64,000 nucleotides of DNA. Source: Selaginella moellendorffii (Eukaryota; Plantae; Lycopodiophyta). This document shows positions 25,489 through 37,446 of the stretch, one piece after another. The DNA lies in NCBI RefSeq assembly GCF_000143415.4, contig NW_003314333.1:695207-759206 (forward strand), in the 5' to 3' direction. Positions within the stretch are counted from its first letter, which is position 1; each line of letters begins with the position of its first letter. The position numbers were made by a program, and so were the translations under genes. The notes beneath the pieces were generated by a model. It was not told the origin of the DNA and did not search any database. It saw only the letters and a list, made by a program, of their open reading frames with translations.

Positions 25489-25901
25489 CTAGAGTTGTTT
25501 CCTTGCCGGTGGTCTAGACTAAAGTATGCATCAATGAGGATGTTGATCTTCCCTAAAGAGGGGAGAGTGTCACGAATATAACTTTGGGTTAACTGCCTTT
25601 TTATAATAGTTTATCTAAACCTTACTTTCTTTACTCATGAGGGTTGGGGCCTCTAGCTTTTCTCTCTATGTCCCTACAGACAATGTTTCGTTGGATTAAC
25701 ACAAGACCGTGACATGTGAATAACTCCAGTGAAAATCTTTGACAAGAACAATCAACTATCCTAGATGATAGTCAATCATCGTTAATGATTGCTAGATGCA
25801 AAAACCTACTTGAAAATTTTAAATTATGCCTCCCCTTTGTCATTTTCTTAGAACTATAAGAAATATCAATCATTTTGATAAGAATTTTAATAAAAGGCTT
25901 T

Positions 25902-26096
25902 TGTAAACTCATGAGTTTGGACTTCCCAGGAGGTCACCCAACCCAATACTATTCAAACCCAAGGACATTTAACCCTAAATATCCTAAGACCCTTAACCAA
26001 TTAGAAAAAAGGGTGCACTCTTATTCATGAGCCCTTTCACTCTATATTTGAACCCCTATGAATCGTCTCTTAAGTCATTCCCTTTGGTTGCTTATA
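25902..26096 (-). mobile_element. Solo LTR of Cassandra-like TRIM
   Basis: Reverse complement of the 36854-37047 LTR; TSD GCTTT (25897-25901, 26097-26101); lies within a family-B LTR fragment ending at 26162. Confidence 0.88.
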
Positions 26097-26618
26097 GCTT
26101 TCTCATCAAGAAATTGCCCCTTTTTTAGTTGGTTTAAAGGGAGAGAAATAAGGTGCACTACAATATGCTAAATTATTTATCATTTTGATAAAAACCTACT
26201 TGACTATATATATATTCTTTCTACCCTTGTGCCAACTTTTTAGTGAAATAGAATGTAGGGAAATATAGACCCTATTATAGTGGCAGAGCATGTCATAAAT
26301 ATATAGGCATTCTCTTGTGCAAAATTATCTTTTAGTTTTGGATATATATATAGACTTGATTTTTTATATGATATTACTTTTGAGTCTTTTGAAAGATTTT
26401 GATTTCTATTATTATTCACGAACTCCCATAAATTCCTAGTGGGGATTCACGACAAAAACATACTTTACTCTTCTTATATGGGAGGATTGCAACATATATA
26501 AGCAAGTAGAGTTTTTTATATGAATTAATATATAAATTATAAATACCATAGAAAGTTTTATCAAGTAAGTTTATTAGTGTTTTTTGGCATATTATTCATT
26601 TCTTCATTTCTATTATAT

Positions 26619-29600
26619 TGTAGTGCATATGGTTTTTACACTTTATCCTATAATGATTTATCATAGAATAACCACGAAGTGGAACATAAACCCTCCATAT
26701 GCCACATGCCACATGTCCAAGGACAGTGGAGTGCAACTCAAGTTTTAAGGTCTTGGGTCAGTGAATAAACAGAGCCAAACTCCTAATAGAGCCAAAGAGT
26801 GAAGGAAGTGGAGCATGGTGTCATTCCAATCTTAATATCAACAATGTCACCAACAAGGCGTTATTTTAATACCATTAACATTAAAACAAAGTTAGTAGAA
26901 AGTAAGAGTGAATCACCACTCAAAACTTTTTAGTAACCAAACTAACCAAAGTCAAAGTTACCTTATTTAGTATCCGAAACTAAAGCTTTAATAAATCTCA
27001 GTTACAAATAACATATCATCAAAGAGTGATTTATCACGTCCAAGACTCAATGTAATCCTATAGTATGGACTAAATGCAGCTAAATGATATCATCAAATGT
27101 AGAGTTGATACGCTAATATGGGGAAACTATATAAGTTTAATGACATAATCCTCTATAACACCATCTGGTAAAGAAGCCCATTGTTGATAAATCTTCATCG
27201 AGTAAAACAAGTGTCAAAACTCTTTGATGAAGTTTACAAGCAATCACTAGTCACAAATCAATCAACAATTATTTTTCAACTTGCCTCACAAAACCTAAAC
27301 ACTAAACTCACATTATTGAATCATATACTTGCCTAACAAAAAGATAACACCCCAAGTACAAGATATAAGAACATGGATAAACACATACTAAATGACTACT
27401 CAAATCCAATCGTATAACAATAAGCTCACTAATATATCTAGCCAACAACTATGAGCATGCCTTGAAGAGGCTAGCTATACTTGATCAACATTCAGTTGAA
27501 ATTAAAGTGAAAATTATTAGATGTATTCATATAATACACAACCTCCTCATAGATAAAGCTATAGTATGGGTACTAACACCTCAACCTTAAACAATTAAGT
27601 TGGATATCACTATCCTCAACCAAGATGAAGAGCCACCAAAACCAAGTCAAGATTAGTAAGAGCTCACTACTTTTATATAGAGTTTTAACAAAATGCAAGA
27701 TGCAACTTACCACCAAGCATAATACTATAAAAGAAAAACACAAGGGTCATCTTTCTAGAAAATTGCAATGGCCATTTTCTTACACTAATTCCAGATTCTA
27801 TCCAATTTAATTGCCTTATCCCCAAAAAGCTAACACTCCTTTTAGGCCACATTATACAAACTACCTACTATGGTCTAAGCTAACCAAAATTAACTCTAAC
27901 CCTTTCACTAATTTGTATTGACTTACAAAATGAAATAATTTTTGGGCAAAATGATCAATAGATTAGCTATTGGAAAAATCTAAGAAAATTTATAGAAAAT
28001 TTTCCTCAGTCTAGGAATATAAATTCTCAAGACTTAACCAATTTCTTCATACCAACAACTTCACATAGGTTCACCTCAACATAAATTTTTCATAACCCAA
28101 TATTTTGCCCATATTTTTAGCATGCAACATCAACATCCACAAAATGCAAAATGAATATCCAAAACTCAATTATGAAAACTATATCTTTAGATATCCATAT
28201 TGCATTAACACTCTTCTTTAATCACCTTCAAAATCCAATATAAAGCTAAAACACTAACAAGAAAAATGACATGGAAAATCAAACTTTAAGAAAAATTCCT
28301 CATCACATAATATAACAATGCCACCCCCACTAGCACAAGTGCTAATAAAGTTAATATTTCAACTTCACATGTTTTCCATCCAACAATCTACTTCAAGTGC
28401 TAATAGATAAATCGACAAGCCATAACAAATAAATGCTATAACCCTTTTTAACACTTAATGGGTAAATTCTCAAGGACCAAAGTACCAACTCAAGCTTAGC
28501 ATAATGGACCACCATTAAGAACTAAGTCAAATCTACTTCAATGTTATTATTTGCAAGTAGACTAATTTCATATCAACCACTTTGGAGTTATTCATTATCT
28601 ATCTAAGCAACTTTATAACATATTGCTCATGATCATATAAATATGATATGGAAATCATAATGATTTGATTATCAATTGAGTAATACCACGAGTAAGTCCA
28701 AATTATTACTTTAAATGTTTATGTGAGTATTAAATACCAACTTTATTTGATAAAATGCAGCATAAATGCCACACCCCACCAATAGAGATTTACAACACTG
28801 AACATCACTAACTTTGTTCACAACATAGACAAGCTTATGTGACACTCTTTTTGGCCAAACTCAAAACTAATCCTACACCAAACTACTCAAGGAACAATAG
28901 CAAGATTCCCCAGAAAAGAATTGAGCATTATAACCCAAGTCTTTAATAGCAAGCCTAGATAAAATGGTTTAGCATTTCACCACTATCCATCCCATAACTC
29001 ATCACTTGTAAGTCCATTATTTCTAACATGCATTAAGATAGGGACTCTTGATTGTATGATATAAATATGAGCAATGAGTTACACTTTGTTACAAATCATT
29101 TCTCAAAGAAGAGAAAATGATTTACATATTTGATACTTTGTCCTTGATAACTCTTTTTTTGAACTTGACTAAATTTCACTGTAAGGATTAATCTATTTTT
29201 TCAAGTAATCATTACTACACTATTTTATAAACTTTTCTTGGATTGGATTGTAGGCAGTGCAAACACAAGCTTCTTGATTGATCCACTTATAATCTTGCCT
29301 AGGAAGGATTTACTAATGTTGTGTTAAATAGCTATAGATCAGCCTATTTGCCACTCATAGCAAACCCAAGGGAAGTTTATGGAACAACTTATAAACCATC
29401 GATACGCTAATATTAATCCCAAGCGCAAACTTGTGCAAACAAAACATCTCAATCCATTTTATGAGTCCAAGCATAAGCTCACATAATATGGTACTAGAGG
29501 TAACTAAAATCTATACCCAAGGAATGAATGTGAAGTTTTTGCACCAAAATGTGTACCCACTCAGATTATTGTTTTCATCTTTGCATATGTAACGACACTA

Positions 29601-30597
29601 GTTGCCTAATCTTAGTAGATAGTACTCACTAAGACTCATCCTTTGATACCAAATGTAGCACAAATGGTTTTCACCCTTTATTCTAGAGTGATTTACTATA
29701 GGATAACCACGAATTAGAACTTAAACCCTTTATATACCATATGTCACATGCCATGTGCCACATGCCACATGTCCGAGGACAATGGAGTAAAACTTGAGTT
29801 TAAGGGCCTTAGGCCACTAAATGAAGGAACAAAGTCAAAATCTTAAGTATAGAGTTAAGGATTGAAGGAAGTGAAGTATAGAACGATTCCCAAATATACA
29901 ACTTAAGGAGTGAAGGGACAAAAGTATGGAGTGACATTGAAACAATTTTAGAGGTTTTAGCACCCTAATGCTATAATTAATATGCAAAACGGAGCCAAAT
30001 AGAGTTTGGTGCTATTTTAGTATACCAGTGGTATAACGTAAGGATATAGGTACTCCACCAACTAATATGCTTTAGGCTTTCACCCTTAGTCACCTTTAGT
30101 ACCAAAAGTTAGTCTTTGAGAATAATGAAAACTTACTAAATATGGAATGGAATTTTAATATAAAATGAACACCATTATATTCAGAACAATCTCTACATTC
30201 TATTGATATACTAAATTAGCAAATCTAGATATTTTCCATAAATAGCCAATGGAACTAAACAAAACTAATACAAGGGGCATGATAGCAAGAGTATTTTGGC
30301 GGACACAGTAAACTATCATCTATCCAATATTGAGGGTTCCTAACACTAGCAAGTGCAAAGTAATGAATGAGTTTCTCTAACCAGGTTAAATATGCTTGAC
30401 TAATAGCATTTATGAATTCCATCCTTATACTCATTTGATCAAGTGCACATGCGAAGATCAGTTTCTCAATTAGCTTGAGTGGAGATTGAAAAAAGGTCCA
30501 GCAATGCCGATCTCCTACCTTCATGGCAATAAAGAAAGAATATCTGAAAGGATTAGCTGATAGATAACTTTTGATACCTACAGTCATATTTGTGACA
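26619..30597 (-). mobile_element. Eroded family C gypsy element (5' LTR 29654-30597, internal relic, truncated 3' LTR 26619-~26820)
   Basis: PBS TGGTATCAAAG on - strand next to 29654; flanks TATAT/TACAC (mutated TSD); the uninterrupted site is seen in the duplicate at ~24379. Confidence 0.8.
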
Positions 30598-33500
30598 TAC
30601 ACTAAACTATTATTTTGGACATAATAGGAGCATTTTTATCAATAATGATAATGATTATCACATTCCCAGATAAGTAATAAAGACTAGGACCAAGGTTTTG
30701 AAACTATGATCTAGATACAAAATCAAAGTCACTTGGTTTGACATAAAGAAAGTCAGCAAACCAACATGCATGACTTTATATCAAGGTCTTTTATAAAGTT
30801 AAGAATAAATAAAAGATACTATAGAATATTTTCATTACTTTTCTATTCATATATGTGAACATATAGGGATGAATTCTTCTTGCCCTTCTCTTCTTACTCA
30901 CTCATCAAAAAGATTGTCCCATATTGGAAACAAGCCAAAGTTTCCTCACCATCAAATGCTCTTACCAAGCTCCTCTTCCTCTCTTAGCTAGGCACAGAAA
31001 GAAGCTTGAAGTGGTAATCATGCAATCTCAACATCCCTAGTCCTACCCACAATACTGATTGATGTGTTGTGTGTGCTATGCCAAGGTGTCAACAACATAT
31101 GCTCTAGTTGGATTTGCAGGAAATATGATGACAACACATATTTAGTAATCCAAACCGATCATGACTAATAGATAGATAATGGTTTCATTCAGTCCCAAGT
31201 CAGATAAGGTGACAAAGTTGATCTTTGGATCATATCCTAGATGCCTCTAGTAGACTAATATATAACTATGACTTGCTTACAATCATCTTATTACTATTGA
31301 CTACTGTGTCAAGAAAAGCAAAGCATGTAAAAGGATGAGGTAGAGAATTTGCCATCTTGGACTCCCTCTTAAATCAGTAACTTAACAATGAATAGTTTCT
31401 GTGGGAACACACAAACTATCTTGAAAAACTAGCATCTGTAAGAAATTTAAAAACTCCTATTTAAAACTGATGTTATAAACTATAGCAATAGAAAATTTAT
31501 TAGTTTTTTGAGTGCTCAGAATATAAGAATAGGTATATTAATTGGGGTTTAAGCCCTTGCTTATATACAAGAATGGATGGATCAAATTCAGTCCCAAATG
31601 AACAGTCCATATGCTATAGTACTATAATTAGTGTATTACCTAACTTGGGTAATATATGTATATACATATATATATTTATAAACCTTACACCATCCTCCCC
31701 TCCAGAAGATAAAAAGGTGATAATAAGTCAAGTGGAACATCTAGAGCTTCTATTGGGCGATTATAAACTACTACAAGAATCTAAAGCTCCCACAAAATCA
31801 TCAATAAAGTTGCTGATAACCATGACTAAAATAAAATCCAAAGCCATGGTATAAGCATTAGCCAACTATGGAATCTTGATAAATCAGTTGCAACTTTGTA
31901 TGCAGCTCCCAAATGTTCAAACCAACTATCTAACCATAACTTTGAACTAGGGAGGTCAAACTCACTTCATTCGTCCTCCACATTCTCTTTATCCCCTCCT
32001 CGAAAGAAAAAGAGTTTTGAAGCACTAGCTGTATTCGGACTTGCTGCACTCGTCTTCATTCCACCATCTATGTTCGGCCTCACTCCACTATCACATTCAT
32101 TTGGCCTCGCTACGTCGGGGCCGGATGTTCCATTCAGACTCATTATACTTGTCCTCACTCCACAATTTATGTCATTCGTCCTCACTCCACAATCTATGTC
32201 ATTTGTCTTTGCTCCACTACCGTATTTGCTCATCCTCACTCCATCATTAGGGGCGGACTCCCATCCATCCCAAAATAATTATGGAAGAAAAAAAAGTGGA
32301 TAAAAAAGCATTAGAAGAGGAATTTGTAGCAACTGACAATGCAGAAATGGGGAAATCAGAAGAACATGTGCTTGAAACTTGCACAATAGGGAACTTCTTA
32401 TTATAAAATACTTCAGCCACCACAATATAAATAAAAGATTCACACCATTTAACCTCCTTAACACACAACTCAACACTTGAGATGGGAAAATCAATAACAA
32501 CATTCATACTCTTAAGGGAATATATAAACTCCTTAGTAGCAACAGTAAAGTAAAGGCTCTTAGTGGCACTCACAAGTGGGGACTTTGAAACTCTGACCAA
32601 AGTAACTCAACCCTTAGAACAAAAGAATATTCAACACTAGAATTGATCAAAGGCTTTGCCAACGAAACAAAAGCAAAATTCTCAACTTCATGGATACACT
32701 CAATATCTATATTAGTATGAGGAGGACAAAAAACACTCAACTCAACACTGGACTGAAAATGAGAATCATGAGAGTCATAAATGATCAACGTGCTAAGAGA
32801 AGAAAACACTACAGATGAGGAAGAAATACTAAGAACATGAGAATGTGGCTTAAGCCGAGAATAAGAAAAGGTTAGGAAAGAGTAGAAAGGAAAGAAAAAG
32901 GATTAGATGGCAAATTGAAATATTGACACTTACCTCGTGAAATCTCTACATCATCTCCAAATCATCATCACACTCTAAAATCCACTCAAGCTCGTACATG
33001 TCATCTTAACCTACAAATAATAGATAAATAAATTACATTAATTTTTAAAAATATTTATCCCATAAACTTGATCCTTGAACATTCTCCAAGAATTGGACTG
33101 CATCATCTATAGCTTCCTAATCAATATCATGAGCACACTCCACATCAACAGAAGATGGCAAAACACCAAGAACAGAACAAGCTATGTAATCACGTTTCAC
33201 AAAAGTTGGAGATGGAAACACACCAAGGATAGACATAACACCAATATGATCACACCCCACAGCACCAAAAGTTTAATCCAATGGAGTAGTATTAGCAGCC
33301 TTAAGTGACATACTCTTTAATCGATGATGGTGTGGTATAGTAGAAGAAGATAATGCAATGAAAATCAGAAGAAAAAGTAGATCTAAGGAGTGTGGACCAT
33401 ACTTGAGCTCACGAGTTGAAGAGTTGAGCTCAATTTTCAATTGTAATTTAGTACAAATATTATAAACTTTAAAATTTTAAGGTTATGGCGAACCTAATAA

Positions 33501-36500
33501 TTTCATAACTCTCTATATATTATATAGATAAAAATGTTCTAAAGGATACTTCTTGTTCTAATAATTTAAATATTTACTACATGCAATGATAGGGACATTT
33601 GTTAGAATATAAAATAAAATGTTTGCAAAAAGAATATTATTGTTACTTCTTTAAATTTGTACTTTGTGTTTTCTAGCTAGTAAATGTCAGGTTTGTCAGA
33701 ATTTTAAAATTATTAAATTTGAATTAAGATTTTATATAATGCCATATAACCATTTGAAAGGAAAAAAAAAACTATAATGGTACATATGCTCTCACAACAT
33801 ATTGCAACATCACGCACCAGAAAGATTACCATAAAATATTTTTTGAGATGGTAAAGACAAAAATGGAGACTCACAAATACTATAGGCAGTATTGCAAAAA
33901 GAACACTGGCAAGTATATGAAATGAAAAGTGAAATAATAAAATATATTTTTTAATTATGGCAGCTATAGCGGCACTGACAAGACAGATTAAGTTGTTTGG
34001 AGACACACCAATTGTGACAGAGACACACAAGCAATAGTAAGGCTTGCTTGGTGTATATGAATATCCACTTTAGGATCCTGGTGCAAGATGTTGATGAAGA
34101 TGTAGTACATATGCTTGCAAGGAGCATATGCCTTCCCATGTTCCTCGCCCTTCATAAAGTCTAGACATGTGCAAGAAGGAAAGTCTTGAATGGCAATTGT
34201 GTACTCTCCACCTTTTGTTTTGACTATGTACTCCTTTGCAAACGCAGTGATGTATTTCGTGAAGAGAATCTCACACTCAAGTGTTTGAGCCAAGTTTATT
34301 TTACCTTGCTTCTACTTGGAGACGGTACCAATAAATTTATCTGCTTTACCTTTTTCTTGCTGGCCTCTTATGCATCTCTGTAGGAACAATCTTGGTTTTA
34401 TCACTCATGTCTCCAACTCTCCTTTCAAGATTGAAATTAAATTTCTCAAGGTTTTTAATCTCATCCGAGGTGAGTGCAACCCCATTAGCAACCGGCCATT
34501 CTTTAAGTACTGCATCAGGTTTAGTCACTATAGTGTCTTCAAGCCGCTTTATATGATTGATATCAGTGTTGTAGCAATATAGCCAACACCATCTTGAAAA
34601 TCCTGCTTGCTTTCGTTCCCCATGGAAACATGGGGCTGGAACAGAAGCAGACTTGTCACCACGGTGTGAGACACAAAATCCCTAGGCCCCAAAGTGGAGC
34701 TGGAAAGGGTGCCACGTGGTAGTGGCCGAAGTGAAAGCCAAACGAGCGTAACACGTTTGGACTAAAAACTCCGACTTGAAAGGTCGAGAGCGGGAGTGGA
34801 ACTCCCAACAAAGTGCTCAAGGAGCGAGCACAAAGCGAGCAATAAGCAAGGCTCCAAAAGGGGACCCAAAAAGGAAGAACACATGACACGTGGAAGTGTC
34901 CGAGATGGAGTCCGAGATGGACCCTAGTTGGAGTCCGAGATGGACCCGAAGTGGAGTCCGATATGGAGTCCGATATGGAGCTCGAGATGGACCCGAAGTG
35001 GAGTCTGAGGTGGACAAAGACGGAGTCCGAGATGGACCCGAGATGGAGTCCGAGGTGGAGTCCGAGGTGGACCGAGACGGAGTCCGAGATGGACCCGAGA
35101 TGGAGTCCGAGATGGAGTCCGAGGTGGAGTCCGAGGTGGACCGAGATGGAGTCCGAGATGGACCCGAGATGGAGTCCGAGATGGACCGAGACGGAGTCCG
35201 AGATGGAGTCCAAGATGGAGTCCGAGATGGAGTCCGAGATGGACCTAGACGGAGTCCGAGATGGAGTCCGAGAAGGACCCGAGATGGAGTCCGAGGTCGA
35301 GACCGAGACCGGGACCGAGACCGAGACCGAGACCGAGACCGGGACCGGGACCGAGACCAAGACCGAGGCCAAGGCTGAGACCGAGCCCGAGCCCGAGTCT
35401 GAGTCCGAGTCCGAGTCCGAGTCCGAGTTCGAGTCTGAGAGGGTGAAAGCCCAAAGTGTTCGTCTCCCAGACCCTGGGGGGTTTAGTGAGCTCCAAAAGT
35501 ATAGTAAAGGGGAGGACTGTAGTGAAGCCAGTTTGGCCAGGAAAGGCCAGTGTGGCCCAGGAAGGCCAGACCCAGTGTTGGGTGATGAATTGACCACTGG
35601 GAAGTCCAAGACTAGAGTGAATACGGACCGACAAGCGGGGTAGCTTGGTGAAGTGTTCAAGAGCCGGCTCTAGTTCCCCCGGGAGATCGACTGGCCGATG
35701 CTCCCAGTCCAAGTGTGGGTGGCACTACCTACTTGGATACCAGGCGTGGCTCAACGGAACCTCGCTCTAAGCCCATGGCTAGAGCACCTAAAGGCGAAAG
35801 GTGGGGAGAGTACCCAGGTGGCTCGCATAAGGCCACGGTGTTCCAAAATGTTGTCCCAAAGGCCCAGACTGTGGAAAGGAAGAGGAGTGGTCCTCTAGGG
35901 TAGTGACCAAGGACACAGTCATGTGGTGAGGAAGTCCCAGAGGACCGTGGGACTTAGTGGTCGGGCCTGTGGGCCTCGATCCAGTGGCAGTGTTGGCAAA
36001 TACGGCCAGGGGCAGAAAGGGACTTGGTAGGAACTGACAAAGGGACTTTGGGGAAGGCAATTCCCCAGGTCTGTGGGCATCCTAAGGATGCTAAGGAGTG
36101 GATCTAGGATGACCACTCGTGGACAGATGGCCCAGTCTTGGAGAGACGGGATGGTGATGCAAGTGGTATTGGACCACTAGTGCAGCAAAGGTGAATGGGC
36201 ATGGCCTTAGCGTAACGGGCCGAGATGTTAGTGGTATCTTTGGGTGTCGGTCTTGGGACCGGACACGTGGAGCACTTGGACTAGGTGCAAGTGTTGAGTG
36301 GAATGGATGCCATTCTTGGGGCTAGCAAGTCCCAAGTCCTGAATTGGACTGATGGAGGTTGTGAATGAGACTCCTCCAAGTGGTCGGAGGTGTGGCTAAG
36401 TGACTAAAGTAGAATGGAAAATTTAGTCCCTTACAACTTGGTATCGGAGCTGTTCCTTAGTCCGACTTTTATTGGTGCTCAAGTATATCACCATTGATGC

Positions 36501-36853
36501 TGGCATCGGAAGGTCCTAAGTGGGGGCCTATCCTTGAGGAGTAGCATGTCGAGAGGACATGACTCTCCACTCAAGTTCATGCGTGAACTTAGGCACGATG
36601 TGGTGGATAGAAAAGGGCCAATAATGGAATGACTTTGGGATCTTGGGAACAGTATAAGGTTTCCTCAGAGAGCTGAGGATGTGATCCAGATGAGTGTTTG
36701 ACGTAGCAAACGGGCTAATGTAATTGTGGTAAACAACTATAGTTGGGATCACGGAAAAGATGTAGACTCCAAAACAATAAAGGAGTCACAAGATTACCCT
36801 CATATAGTTGAGGCTGGTGCTCATAACTTTGAGACCGGAATTGATGACCATGG

Positions 36854-37446
36854 TGTAAGCAACCAAAGGGAACGACTTGAGAGACGATCCATGGGGTTCA
36901 AATATAGAGGGAAAGGGCCCATGAACAAGAGTGCACCCCTTTTTCCAATTGGTTAAGGGTCTTGGGATATTTGGGGTTAAACGTCCTTGGGTTTGAATAG
37001 TACTGGGTTGGGTGACCTCCCAGGAAGTCCAAACTCAGGAGCTTACATTTGGTATTGGAGCGGTCTCAGGTCCGACTCTGTTGGTTGGCTAGGGGAATCA
37101 CACCACATGTTGATTGACATCTGGCTGGTCCAGTTTGCTCCCGCTGGGCTAGACCCGAGGGGTAGGGTGTCAAGAGAGCGGGGCTCTCGGGAGAGCTGCG
37201 GCTCTCAGCTTCCGTTCACGAGGGCGTGAACTTGCAGGGAAGCGTGGTGGATTGTAAGCAACCAAAGGGAACGACTTGAGAGACGATCCATGGGGTTCAA
37301 ATATAGAGGGAAAGGGCCCATGAACAAGAGTGCACCCCCTTTTCCAATCGGTTAAGGGTCTTGGGATATTTGGGGTTAAGCGTCCTTGGGTTTGAATAGT
37401 ACTGGGTTGGGTGACCTCCCAGGAAGTCCAAACTCAGGAGCTTACA
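36854..37446 (+). mobile_element. Cassandra-like TRIM with 5S rRNA-derived LTR segments
   Basis: 194-bp LTRs (36854-37047, 37253-37446; 3 transitions apart); PBS TGGTATTGGAGC; PPT AGGGAAGCGTGGTGGA; TSD CATGG; the empty site is visible in copy 1 at ~10665-10680. Confidence 0.93.
36975..37030 (+). promoter_or_regulatory. 5S rRNA internal control region (A box, IE, C box) in TRIM LTR; second copy 37374-37429
   Basis: GGTTAA(A/G)CGTCCTTGGG...TAGTACTGGGTTGGGTGACCTCCCAGGAAGTCC versus plant 5S AGTTAAGCGTGCTTGGG...TAGTACTAGGATGGGTGACCTCCTGGGAAGTCC. Confidence 0.88.

Noticed and set aside
31896-32303. ORFs over a ~27-bp imperfect CCTCACTCCAC repeat
   Set aside because: Repeat-derived frames within a non-autonomous LTR element; no domain evidence.
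34897-35436. CRISPR-like array
   Set aside because: Head-to-tail repeats without unique spacers, in a eukaryotic LTR.
36975-37030. Bona fide 5S rRNA gene
   Set aside because: Only ~56 bp of the internal control region, embedded in paired LTRs; no 5' half and no T-run terminator.
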